A stretch of 63,637 nt of DNA, the filler included, from Octopus bimaculoides (lineage: Eukaryota), in the NCBI RefSeq assembly GCF_001194135.2. It is 6 parts of 4 records of this genome, joined end to end, with 100 filler letters (N's around TTAATTAATTAA, not from the genome) between each part and the next. Parts side by side here need not be neighbours in the genome. Positions count along the whole stretch, not along the records: positions 21,385 to 41,551 come from NC_068981.1; positions 41,652 to 59,942 come from NC_068981.1; 4 more parts are not named here. One strand, given 5' to 3'. Position numbers and translations under genes: made by a program. Positions within the stretch are counted from its first letter, which is position 1. Each line of letters opens with the position of its first letter. Shown piece by piece: positions 36,963 through 50,334 of the stretch. Under the pieces are notes generated by a model. It was not told where the DNA came from. It made no database searches and worked only from the letters and a program-made list of their open reading frames with translations.

Positions 36963-36975
36963 TGATGATGATGAT
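36490..36975 (+). mobile_element. Second, distinct R4/Dong-like 3' fragment with 3'UTR and (GAT)n(AAT)n tail; a homologous 3'UTR lies at about 19058-19185
   Basis: KYEIARVWKMKKVKIVPIIVGSLGTVS...LLGTTRIIRKVLDS* (stop 36764-36766). UTR ggctgcaggtagcaag...gcatgcaagactccagg...cctgtgataaagaga recurs at 19095-19165. Confidence 0.85.
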
Positions 36976-37509
36976 AGAAGTAAAATAAAACCAGTGTGTG
37001 TGTTTATTACTGGCATAGAGACCCTACCAAAATACAACAAAATCACTAAATCTATTTCAACACACGATTTCACATCAAGGTATTGTAGTAATAATTACTG
37101 AATGAAAATACCTGTAGGTATTTACCGGGGTAAGTAGTTTAATATCATAGAAACGCTGTAGTAAAGTTGAATAACGCGGGGAAATTTGCTATGAAAAACA
37201 TTATTGTGTTGAAGTGACTGAGGCATAATTAATGTGGTAAAGTAACTGTGGCTATTTACCGAAGTAAGTTCAACACCTTAAAATTAATAAATTATGCCAT
37301 AATTAATTGTTTAAAGCAGGTGTGAATATGTACCTGTCGTCTGTCTTCATGTTCTGCGTTCAAATTTCGCCGAAGTCGACTTTGCATTTCGTCCTCTCAG
37401 AGTCACTAAGATAAGTACCAGTTGAGTACTGGGGTGTCAGTGTAATTGACTTACCCCACCTCCGAAATTGCTGGCCTTGTGCCAAAATTTGAAACCGATA
37501 TTTACCTTG

Positions 37510-37780
37510 CTGACATTTAGGTCTGTCATAAGGCCTAAGATTCATAAGGCCGGGGTTCAGCATGGTTTCCATGGCGTATAATTCACTGAGATTAAAACCC
37601 TCCATCCTGTTCCGTCACAGGGTTAACTTCCCAAATATTGTTGGAACCTATTTACAGCTGAACGGACTGGAGCAACGTGCGATGAAGTGCTTTGCTTAAG
37701 AACACAGCGCATCACCCCGTCCGGGGATCGAAACCATGATCTTATAGCCGTGGGTGTAACACCCTAACCACTAGGCCAGT
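37510..37780 (-). mobile_element. tRNA-headed SINE with a conserved central domain (family C1)
   Basis: Minus strand tggcctagtggttagggtgttacac...ggtttcgatccccgg (A/B boxes), then gtgttcttaagcaaagcacttcatcgcacgttgctccagtccgttcagctgtaaat. It resembles the core domains of deep metazoan SINE superfamilies; exact family not assigned. Confidence 0.7.
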
Positions 37781-37854
37781 AACGTCCGTCCTTGGTAAGT
37801 AAAGTGGCAAAGTAAAATAGCTCGGATAAATGGTAAAATCTATATTCAAAATAA

Positions 37855-38495
37855 GGCGCCGACGTGGTTGTGTGGTAAGAAACTTCCTTCCCAACGACAG
37901 GGTTCCACTTTCAGTTCCAGTGCGTGACACCTTGGGCATGGACCTTCTATTAAAGCCTCGTGTTGATTAAAGCCTTGTGAGTGAATTAAGTAGACAGAAA
38001 CTGAAGGAAGCCTGTCGTGTATACAGTAATACCTTGATTATCGCGGGTGTTAAGTTCCCTCGCGATAGATGAAAATCCACGAAGTAGAAACAGTACTGTA
38101 TTGTATGTATTTTTATATTTTTATAATTTGTATATATTTATTTTATCATAAATAAAAAAAACAACGCTATTGAGGAGTCGACGTAATCTTAAATAATAAA
38201 CCGCGATGGGTGAATCGCGATAGGTGAACCGCGATATGGCGAGAGATTACTGCATATATGTGCGTGTATGTGTGTGTGTGTGTGTGTGTGTGCGTGAGCA
38301 CATTTCTGTGTGTCCTTGTGTCCACCGGTGTTGGTTTGTTGAGGTACCCGTAACCTAGCGGTTCGACAAAAATGAATCAATAAAATAAAGTACCAGGTTT
38401 ACAAAAAATAATAAGTACCAGGAGTTGATTTGTACTGCAGTCATACCCCAGCATGACCGCAGACTAATGATTGAAACGAGGAAAAGATGAAAGAT
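37855..38495 (+). mobile_element. SINE family A copy interrupted by a Tigger/pogo-like MITE
   Basis: 5' half at 37855-38020 and 3' half at 38255-38495 flank the MITE. Confidence 0.8.
38024..38252. mobile_element. Tigger/pogo-like MITE (229 bp)
   Basis: TA-CAGTAATACCTTGATTATCGCGG ... CCGCGATATGGCGAGAGATTACTG imperfect TIRs; left TA at 38022-38023. Confidence 0.72.
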
Positions 38496-39058
38496 TTATC
38501 GCATAAAATCGCGTAATAAAAGACTCCGTTAAAGTTAATGTAGCGTTAATTAGTAATCTGAAGAAAATACTGTATTAAAATTACTGCGGTATAATTAATG
38601 TAGTGAATATCCAGTGGGTATAATTAGTGTGTTATAATTAGAAGGATACAATTACAATTGAAAAATATATTTTGGTAAGTTAATCCTTAGTTTAGCGGAG
38701 ACAGTTTTCCAAAATCAACAAAAATAATTTTACCAAACCACATGGTCCTGGGTTCAGTCCCACTGCCTGGCACCTTGGGCAAGTGTCTTCTATACTATAG
38801 CTTCGGGCCAAAGCCTTCTGAGTGGATTTGGTAGACGGAAACTGAAAGAAGCCCGTCGTAGACACGTCTTCTCTCCTGCTGCTGTATGAACATTTAATGT
38901 AGTTTTAGACTCAAGTTTTGGCTGCTATATCTAGCATGGCGGTATCTTTTAGATACCCTTAATTATAAATTTAATAATAATTATTACCTGTAAGGTTTTT
39001 ATTCCCTTATCGGTATTCTAAATAACGATCTTCTCCTTATATATATAAATTTGTGTGT

Positions 39059-39101
<43 letters not shown>

Positions 39102-40187
39102 ACGGAATTCACTCTTATTTGAGATTGTCATGTGTAGTATTCTATATTGTGTCTAGGTATTATATCACATGCCTACATACAAAAACTTTCACGTATGCTA
39201 CATGCGTGTATACCACACACAGACACACACACACGCATAGACCTCACGTGTGTGTATGTGGTGTATATGTGTATTTATGTCTCCCATACACACATATACA
39301 TTTACAAATATATACATATATGTATTGACTTAACAAGTAAAACGTTTAATATCCTTAGTGGTATTTCACGGCATAACGGAATACCTACACGCCATATGTG
39401 TATATGCATNNNNNNNNNNNNNNNNNNNNNNNNNNNNNNNNNNNNNNNNNNNNNNNNNNNNNNNNNNNNNNNNNNNNNNNNNNNNNNNNNNNNNNNNNNN
39501 NNNNNNNNNNNNNNNNNNNNNNNNNNNNNNNNNNNNNNNNNNNNNNNNNNNNNNNNNNNNNNNNNNNNNNNNNNNNNNNNNNNNNNNNNNNNNNNNNNNN
39601 NNNNNNNNNNNNNNNNNNNNNNNNNNNNNNNNNNNNNNNNNNNNNNNNNNNNNNNNNNNNNNNNNNNNNNNNNNNNNNNNNNNNNNNNNNNNNNNNNNNN
39701 NNNNNNNNNNNNNNNNNNNNNNNNNNNNNNNNNNNNNNNNNNNNNNNNNNNNNNNNNNNNNNNNNNNNNNNNNNNNNNNNNNNNNNNNNNNNNNNNNNNN
39801 NNNNNNNNNNNNNNNNNNNNNNNNNNNNNNNNNNNNNNNNNNNNNNNNNNNNNNNNNNNNNNNNNNNNNNNNNNNNNNNNNNNNNNNNNNNNNNNNNNNN
39901 NNNNNNNNNNNNNNNNNNNNNNNNNNNNNNNNNNNNNNNNNNNNNNNNNNNNNNNNNNNNNNNNNNNNNNNNNNNNNNNNNNNNNNNNNNNNNNNNNNNN
40001 NNNNNNNNNNNNNNNNNNNNNNNNNNNNNNNNNNNNNNNNNNNNNNNNNNNNNNNNNNNNNNNNNNNNNNNNNNNNNNNNNNNNNNNNNNNNNNNNNNNN
40101 NNNNNNNNNNNNNNNNNNNNNNNNNNNNNNNNNNNNNNNNNNCAGTGTGCGTATATATACATGCACGTGTGTGTATATATATGTCTG

Positions 40188-40223
<36 letters not shown>

Positions 40224-41506
40224 CACACACATATCTATGAATGTATGTATGTATTTATGTAAGAATGTCTGTGTTAATTGAAAATAAAATAATTTTTTAA
40301 AACAATGAAATGAAATAGAAAAAATGCATAAAACCATGGGTGTTAACGAAAACAAAACATCTCGTGGAGGCGACCCTTCACACTTTCAATTCTTTTCGAA
40401 TCCTGGTTTCGCCAGTCGTTCTTCTGGACGCGATATCACAGCAGTAATCGTCCTCTTTATGAAAGCGACACACATGGAGTTTCAGTCAGGTAATAATATC
40501 ATAATATATTCGTGCACAATTATATATATATATACATACATCCATATATATATATATACGCACAAGTATATATCCACACACACATATATATATATATAGA
40601 GAGAGATATACACAAGTATGTATACATACATACTTATATATATATTATATATATACAAACAAGTATACATATTAGCGCAAGTATATGTATCATATATATA
40701 TACATGTACAAGTGTACATACACACACACACACACACAGACGCGCGCGCGCACACACACACGCATACATACGCGCACGTACGCACACACATACACATTAC
40801 ATCATATTACACGCTGTCGTTATGTACAATCTCTTAATTACAAATATTGTTGGTATTGTTGATGTTGTTTTATAAGTATATTAATTAGATAAACTGTAGA
40901 ATATCATTTACGGAGGTTATATAACGTACAACAATGGCTTAACTGGCCGAAACTTCGAGGTTACAGTCAATAATAATTCGTTTTTAAAAAGAATAATTTC
41001 GTACTCTAAAAACGGTATAGAGTAACCCATCAGATTAATGTCAAATCGTTTTTATTATAACTGAACATAAAAGCAAAATAATAAAACACAAACATACACA
41101 CACATACATGGACATGTATGCACACACACACACACAGACACACACACACACAGACACACACACACACAGATAGATAAAGATGCACACACACACTTAGTGA
41201 ATAAATTAAAAAAATTTCCGAGTTGGTTTTGTTTTGTATTCTTCATCATATTGCGAGAATTTACATTTTTTTGTAATATATTTACCTCTATGCTAGTGTG
41301 TGTGTGTGTTTGTGTCTGTGTGTGTGTGTGTGCAGGTATGCAATAGCATGTAGTTACGCTATTGCATCTACAAACGAATGCATCTATATTTGTGTGTGTG
41401 TGCATGTGTATATATATATATATATGCATGTGCGTGTGAAAACATGCATACACACACGCACACATATATACATATCTATATCTGTCCATTCTACTCTCTC
41501 TCTCTG

Positions 41507-41551
<45 letters not shown>

Positions 41552-42181
41552 NNNNNNNNNNNNNNNNNNNNNNNNNNNNNNNNNNNNNNNNNNNNTTAAT
41601 TAATTAANNNNNNNNNNNNNNNNNNNNNNNNNNNNNNNNNNNNNNNNNNNNTATATGTATGTTTGTACATGTATACATATATATGTGTGTGTGTGTGTAT
41701 ACATACATACATACATATATATAGTAAACTGCGTGGAGCAGTGATAACGTTGCGTTCGTTTATAAGCACGCGGAATTATGTTAGTCTGTGTGTGCTTCTC
41801 TGATTCTTGTTTTTTAAATTGTAATTTGCGTTGTTTCTTGCATGCTTCATAGTTATCTTTATCTATTGTTAACAAGACATCAAGGCTTATTACACTGACC
41901 ACCAGTAAATTAAGTAAGAAGTAAATTCCGAACCTCCTTCAGGATACCGCAAAAATAATAATATGCCAAAATTCCTATAAGAAATACCATCAACTCCCGT
42001 GTAATTTCTTGTCAATGTCATAAGGGAAATCAAAAGCGTCCATATTACAGAATATGGCTCCCTGTAAGCCAGTGCTTATGTGCGAAAAAATGTAGGTATA
42101 CATATATATGTATTCATACATGCAGGCATGCATGTATATCTAATTATATATCAAATACTTATAATATATGTACGTTTATAT

Positions 42182-42267
<86 letters not shown>

Positions 42268-42698
42268 ATATGCATATGCATCTATACAATATGTATGTAT
42301 ATACATACATACATATATACACACAAACGTATATGCATTTGTGTATATTTATATGTATATANNNNNNNNNNNNNNNNNNNNNNNNNNNNNNNNNNNNNNN
42401 NNNNNNNNNNNNNNNNNNNNNNNNNNNNNNNNNNNNNNNNNNNNNNNNNNNNNNNNNNNNNNNNNNNNNNNNNNNNNNNNNNNNNNNNNNNNNNNNNNNN
42501 NNNNNNNNNNNNNNNNNNNNNNNNNNNNNNNNNNNNNNNNNNNNNNNNNNNNNNNNNNNNNNNNNNNNNNNNNNNNNNNNNNNNNNNNNNNNNNNNNNNN
42601 NNNNNNNNNNNNNNNNNNNNNNNNNNNNNNNNNNNNNNNNNNNNNNNNNNNNNGAGAGAGAGAGTGAGAGAGAGAGATAGAGAGAGAGAGGGCGGGAC

Positions 42699-42736
<38 letters not shown>

Positions 42737-42925
42737 GCGGGACAGGAGAGAGATCGAAGTACCTTCTGTAGAAAACGTATTATGTGGTTATAGTAATGCG
42801 TACATATGTAGCACCGAATACCTGTGTATGAGTGTATATAGGCAAACGCACACGCAAACTTGCTCACATGCTCGCACTCTGACAAACACAGTCTTATATA
42901 CAAGTGTATGCGGGGTTACTTGACA

Positions 42926-42963
<38 letters not shown>

Positions 42964-44828
42964 CGATATATATACTGTCATACCGTATTCAAATGCCTTA
43001 TCGGAGCTAAAGTACATACGTGAAAGACTAGATTTCCTTCTGTAGCTGAGCCACGTGAAGATGCTTTGTGCTTGTAAAACAATCGTATCACTTTCACAAA
43101 TGTCTCGGAATGGTTTTTTTTTTTTTTTGTTACATCTCTTTCAGAAGACACCGCAACACAGGTATATCGGGTGTATTCTTCGCATAATTTCTTTCATTGT
43201 TCTATCTCACACAATAGATAATATCTTGTTAACTCTTTTCCGCCAAAAGCTGATAGAGATCATGCTTACGAAAGAATATGCACCGAAAAAGATTACGAAA
43301 TAAGAATCGGCGATAACTATATTGAAAATGTCGTAGGAAAGCATCTAAATTACGCGCATTTCATTTAGCTGTTTACATAGATGTTACACACATATCCAAT
43401 TTACATAAAGTTATACACACACATACATACACACACATATATATGTGTGTGTGTGTGTTCATATATATTTATATATGTATGTATATATGAATGTATATAA
43501 CATGTATGTATGCGTATTTACATATGAACATGCACACATACACACACATATACATGAGAGAGAGATAAGAATCTGCGTTCGTCTTTGTGAGCATATATAT
43601 GCATGTAGATACATTTATTTACGTATATGTATTCATAAACATGCATACATGCATGCATACGTACACACACATATACATACATATATATATGTGTGTGTGT
43701 AGGTGTGTGTGTGTATCCTTATATATACATATATGCACATATGCACGTCTGCGTTAGTTTTTGTATGTATTGTATATGTGTGTGAGTATGTGTGAGTGTA
43801 TGTTTGTGTGTGTATGTGAATGCGTGTGTTTAAATTTATAAAATCTCCAAACTTCCACTACCTTTCTGAGGCTCATTGTCGTAAAAATATGTAATACTGG
43901 ACAGGAATATTCCAATAGCATTGCCACTCATGTCACTGATAAGTTCGCTTGTAGTGGCTTCTCATAGAAAATATTGTGTTCGGACCTATCTGCATCAGTA
44001 CACCTCACAGGGGAACCAGAGAACGAAATGTTACCGACACGTAAAGCAGAAGTAACCAAAAGCATATCTTGGTATCCCTATGTCTTATACACTATCATTT
44101 TACACTCAAATTCAAATACCAGTCACCTTGCGGGTATATTTGCTATACGCCTAATATTGCTACCATGATCAAATACCTCAATTGCAAATATACGTCCAAA
44201 TAGTTACAAGCCTATCAGTCTGTCCTTTCTAAAGGTGTGAAAGAACTTGCAATAATAATAGCGTCGTTTAGCACTGAAAGAAATTATTCGAGTCTATAAG
44301 CGAACATACTGAATGTTCGTTTGCTTTAAATCACTATTTTTTCCGGGTATAATAACGGGAAATTCTATTTCTATTTCTATTTTTATGAACTCTTCTGGTA
44401 GTACTAACTGATACACTACTAGCAGAGATATCAGGCCTTACACGGGATTAAAATGGCATAGTTTTTTTTAGGCGGCCATGCTGGTGCACCGCCTTTTGTC
44501 GAAGAAATCGACACAATTTGTTGTGTTATTCTCTCACCCTGAGTTCTCTTCATTTAGAGATCATCTTTACTCCCGAACCATGTAAGTAATTATTTCTTAT
44601 ACAAAGCAATCGACGCAATTCTATTTTTTTAATTTACGTACTAGTCTATTTATTTATTCATTCACAGACACATATACTCACACATGTAAATGTATGTACG
44701 TGTGCCTATCTAGGTGAATGAAGTCAGTATTGCAATAAATCTAATATCATTTGCCTGCAAGGAAATCTCTATTCCTAACCATACTTACACACAAACACAC
44801 ACCCGAGTGAATATCTGTGTGGTGTATG

Positions 44829-44874
<46 letters not shown>

Positions 44875-45266
44875 CTTCTACACATAGATACATAGATACA
44901 TACATACGTAGAGTGATACTTTACGATGAATCATTATTAAATATTAATCACTTAATCAATCATTCTACCTTATTTACTTTCTTCTATTCACTTCAACTGC
45001 CAGATTCAATTCAGGGTCTTGTTGTATATGTTTACCTTCACACATAAGTATTAAGTCTTGCGTATATATAATGCACACATGCACACATGCACACAATTAC
45101 ACATATAACCTTCCCATATATATATATTTATATTTACGTGTATATAATGAATTATATACATTATATGCGCATCATCGTCATCACCACTTAGCGTTTACTT
45201 TACATGTGTTTGAATATGTCTGCACATGTGTGCAACTATATAGGATTATATATATATATACATTTA

Positions 45267-45299
<33 letters not shown>

Positions 45300-47089
45300 N
45301 NNNNNNNNNNNNNNNNNNNNNNNNNNNNNNNNNNNNNNNNNNNNNNNNNNNNNNNNNNNNNNNNNNNNNNNNNNNNNNNNNNNNNNNNNNNNNNNNNNNN
45401 NNNNNNNNNNNNNNNNNNNNNNNNNNNNNNNNNNNNNNNNNNNNNNNNNNNNNNNNNNNNNNNNNNNNNNNNNNNNNNNNNNNNNNNNNNNNNNNNNNNN
45501 NNNNNNNNNNNNNNNNNNNNNNNNNNNNNNNNNNNNNNNNNNNNNNNNNNNNNNNNNNNNNNNNNNNNNNNNNNNNNNNNNNNNNNNNNNNNNNNNNNNN
45601 NNNNNNNNNNNNNNNNNNNNNNNNNNNNNNNNNNNNNNNNNNNNNNNNNNNNNNNNNNNNNNNNNNNNNNNNNNNNNNNNNNNNNNNNNNNNNNNNNNNN
45701 NNNNNNNNNNNNNNNNNNNNNNNNNNNGGGTTCACATTTTTGTTAAGGAATTTGAAATAGATTAAGCTGAAAATATACTTCAGCAGGTTAGTTGAAGATA
45801 TAAGTTGAATTGAAATAATATTTTGTAAGGTGTGTCAGAAAAAAATAAAGCATATAGAGATGTTCCTCATATGATAGTTTTCATTCAGTTCATATCAAAA
45901 TTCTAACGTATTACATGAGGCAGTAAGTAATAATATAAAAATGCGATGATATATGTTGGGAAGAAAGGAACAAACGTTGCTGTATAGTAAGAAGTTTGCT
46001 ACCCAACAATATGATTCCGGATTCAGTCCCACTGCGTGCCAACTGGTGCCAGTGCCTTCTATTATAGACTAGGGTGGACCAAGAAGCCCTTCGTGTATTG
46101 TCTACCAGTCCCTATATATGTATGTGTGAGAGAGTGTCAGTGTGTGTGTGATCGTGTGTGTGATCGTGTGTGTGTATGTGTGTGTGACCTCCGTCACCCC
46201 TAGACAATCGGAGATGGAGTGTTTAAGACCCCATAGTTTAGTGATTCGTAAAAAGAAACTGGGACAATAAGTATCATGCACTGAAAACAAGAACGAAGTG
46301 CCGGGGTCGATACGTTTGAGTAAAGTTCTTCTGCTCGGTTCCCCAGCATGATCGCATTCCAATATCTGAAACAAATAAAAGATAAACGGTAAAAGAAAGA
46401 AATAAACATAGTAGTAGAGAAGAGATTATGGTAGTTTATGAAAGAAGGAAGTGAGCAGAGATGATGTAAAAGCCGAAAAGCTTTTGAGTAAATGTCCATG
46501 TATACCTGCAAATAGAAGTAACCATGTTAAAGAAAACTGAAAGATTTAGTGGGGATAACTAAAATTATTAAACTAAGAATTATATAAACGTTCATGATTT
46601 ACAAAGTACAGATATAAAAGCATGGAAAGAAGATAGATAATAAAAGAAAGATGTACGAAAAATATCATATATATCGAGTGAGTATTGGTAAATAGGGTCG
46701 CATTGCATAAGGTGTGAGCACGAAGTGAAAGGTCGTGAAAAAAGTAACTAAATAATCGTTTTCCTAATCGGATGAAACTGGAATTTTTGTGTTAGTCTAA
46801 TTTCTTGCTGGATCTTTAATTCATATAAGCAAAATAATTTGTATATGCTTGAAGTTACTAAAATGTATAGTCAACTAATTTGTAAACTCTTATGTCTTCT
46901 AACCTCTATCATATTGTATGCAGCTAACACCTCATAATTCTTCATAACAATCCAATTCGCAAAACTTGAAAGAACAACAAAACACTAATAATCTTTATGC
47001 AAAATTAGATGTATTTCATAAAGTAATTGGGTAATTTACCCATGGCATTCCCTCGTCTTGACAAATTTAATTAAGTAAGCCACGCTAAA

Positions 47090-47464
47090 CAACAAGTTGT
47101 TGGCACTCCGTCGCTTAGAACTTCGAGGGTTCCAGTTGATTCGATCAACGGAACAGCCTGCTCATGAAATTAACGTGCAAGTGGCTGAGCACTCCACAGA
47201 CACGTGTACCCTTAACGGGGATATTCAGCGTGACACAGTTTGACAAGGCTGACCCTTTGAAATACAAGTACAACAGAAACAGGAAGTAAGAGAAAGATGT
47301 GGTGAAAGAGTACAGCAGGGTTCGCCACCATCCCCTGCCGGAACATCGTGGAGCTTTAGGCGTTTTGGCTCAATAAACACTCACAACGTCTGGTCTTGGA
47401 ATCGAAACCGCGATACTATGACCAGGAGTCCGCTGCCCTAACCACTGGACCATTGCACCTCCAC
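47090..47464 (-). mobile_element. tRNA-headed SINE (family C2)
   Basis: Minus strand gtggaggtgcaatggtccagtggttagggcagcggactcctggtcatagtatcgcggtttcgattccaagacc (tRNA-like), then tcacgctgaatatccccgttaagggtacacgtgtctgtggagtgctcagccacttgcacgttaatttcatgagcaggctgttccg. Confidence 0.78.
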
Positions 47465-47931
47465 TAAACAACATGTAGACGTTTGACAACTATCCATTGG
47501 CCAGCGACACTTTTTTTAATCAGAGTGACAATTTCATCTAGATTTCGTACCTGTAGTGATGTGTTTCAAATTTACATTCACCTCAATAACCAGAATTTCA
47601 TATTTGAAAAACTACATAGATTAATATAAGAAGGTACGTCGTAGAATCTTTCAAAATATATATCACTCGTCTTTCAAGTTAAACTGTGTACAGTTTTTAA
47701 GTCCTATTTCGACATGAAATTTCCCTTTTGGATATATTAATAATTTTGAGTCTTAAACATGGCAATTTGATACGTACCGAAATATTTGTTGCAAAAAGTA
47801 TACGATCAATTATGCGTGCTCAATGATATAAAATGTGCAATGTGTAAGCTTCTAATTTAATTTAAACACGCTGACACACACATTCATAAGAGGATACATA
47901 AGTATATGTATAAATATATATTCATGTTTGC

Positions 47932-47933
<2 letters not shown>

Positions 47934-48026
<93 letters not shown>

Positions 48027-48030
48027 TATA
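47934..48030. repeat. (TA)n microsatellite, representative of dozens of (TA)n, (CA)n, (TATC)n, (CATA)n and (GA)n tracts, most adjoining gaps
   Basis: Directly visible. Other long tracts at 22372-22470, 23840-24000, 24950-25030 and 63115-63637. Confidence 0.97.
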
Positions 48031-48248
48031 ATTAAAATTATACTTTACGATGAATTGTTATTAAATATTCATTTGTTAATCAATCACCCTCGTATTATTT
48101 CCTTCTCTCTACTCTATTACTGCAGACCACCTTATGTGATTGATTGTACATCACTCTATACATATATGTATACATATATATACATACATACATACGTATA
48201 TCTATGTGCGTGCGTATATGTATTTGCATAAGCATATTTTATGTCTAC

Positions 48249-48288
<40 letters not shown>

Positions 48289-49210
48289 TTATGTAACCAG
48301 TTATATGAATGTTTATATAAATGTCTATATATTTTATATATGTATACACACACACATACACACACACGCACACATACATACACGCACATACATACACATT
48401 CACATACACACATATATACATATGTGTGTGTAAGCATATGTATATACATATAAAATTTATATACTTATTTATATGCATATAAAATCACACATACATACAT
48501 ATATATAAATATATGAGTATGTATATGTATTATTTCTATGTGTATATGTATGTAACTATATGCACATGATTGTATGCATGCATGTTTGTATGTATTTTTG
48601 TCTTATGTTGCTTAAGCTGTCAAAGGTAGTGAACATATTTGGGTAGCGAAGAATGAACACGTTGGCATCTCCAGGAAACGAACTATTCTACTTGTAATTT
48701 TGTCTTCCATATGCATTATATATTTTAGTACGTAAATCCTCTGCCTTGCTACCTCACCATCCTCAAGGATTTCAGTGATTATATCAACTTCAGTACGAAA
48801 CCAACGAAAATATTGATGTTATTTGACTATCTATCAGGTTACATGATACGAATCATGAACTCTTAAAAAAATAAGCGATTTTAGACAGCACAGATATGGA
48901 GACGCACATACTCACACATATACTGCACATATGTAATGCATGACATTTTTATGTGAATTTCGTTATTCTGGACGGTGAGTGCACAAGACATGAAATGTCG
49001 TTACATTCTCTCCCGTGGGTTGACATACTTCCATTAAGAGTGATCAGCTGATATATATCTAGGTACTTGCTTAAAAACATAAGAAGCTTAACTCTGTTTC
49101 TGCATGGAGGATTTGATTGACTCGCTGGTTTTGGTAGCACGAGGCACGGTTTACATTCTTTAGGACAGAGCCGAAACTAGTATTTCCTTCTATTTAACTC
49201 TCTCATATCA

Positions 49211-49256
49211 TCTCTGGTGATGGGATGTCATTTATATTCCTGAAACAGCTGTAAGA
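49211..49256 (+). ncRNA. Degenerate minimal type I hammerhead ribozyme, probably from a Penelope-like element
   Basis: TCT-CTGGTGA-(T)GGGAT[gtcatttat]ATTCCT-GAAAC-AGCT-GTA^AGA: core boxes, stem II, palindromic stem III (ACAGCTGT), GUA cleavage triplet and a 3-bp stem I. The core differs from CUGANGA at A6. Confidence 0.6.
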
Positions 49257-49693
49257 CTACCTTTCGTTTTATAAAATTCATAGAAATTTTACACTGCCTT
49301 GGCTTTGTTGTCTCAATTTATTTAACATATACAAGCTCACACACGACCCGCGTTAGACTCCTCACTCATACTATTATCGAACTGGGAGTTTAACAGTGGT
49401 CCTTTCGTAGCACTTACACATCCTTACCTGCCTTTTAGGTCTTCTGGATACCAAAACCTCTCATATATATNNNNNNNNNNNNNNNNNNNNNNNNNNNNNN
49501 NNNNNNNNNNNNNNNNNNNNNNNNNNNNNNNNNNNNNNNNNNNNNNNNNNNNNNNNNNNNNNNNNNNNNNNNNNNNNNNNNNNNNNNNNNNNNNNNNNNN
49601 NNNNNNNNNNNNNNNNNNNNNNNNNNNNNNNNNNNNNNNNNNNNNNNNNNNNNNNNNNNNNNNNNNNNNNNNNNNNNNNNNNNNNNNNNNNNN

Positions 49694-49728
<35 letters not shown>

Positions 49729-50244
49729 ATGTATGTATGTATGTATGTGTGTGTGTGTGTGTGTAGATGAATATGACCTAAATGAGTTTAAATATTTTCC
49801 CATATACTGAAGACGTTTTGACAAGAAGGAATAGAAAGACTTTGCAACAGACGTAAAAGTATGATTGAAGCTAAAATTCAAAACAAAATAAACAAATCAT
49901 TCCCATGAAGAACTGCTAAAGAGGAAAGGACAGAAAGTGTAAGGATTCCGTAAGAATTATTCAGAAGATTAATTATTAGATTATAATTTGACTTTTAATG
50001 TGAATAGCAAGGCACATACAGACAAACATACTTACACATTTACACGAGCGCGCGCGCACACACACACATCCACATATGTGGATGTGTGTGTATGTGTGTG
50101 TAAATATATGTATGTCTGTAAGCGATCACATGTGTGTGTCAGTGCATGTGTGCCTGTGTTGGTGTGTACAAGATTACTAATATAGTATGTGCATATTTTT
50201 AATATATAATATATATATATGTATGTATATACATACACACACAC

Positions 50245-50334
<90 letters not shown>

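Noticed and set aside
42690-42752. Two GGGCGG boxes within (GA)n as a promoter
   Set aside because: They arise from local duplication inside a microsatellite, and no associated gene start was found.
22200-47464. tRNA-like sequences (e.g. 22230-22295, 37710-37780, 47390-47464) as tRNA genes
   Set aside because: They continue directly into SINE bodies and lack a complete cloverleaf, so they are SINE heads.
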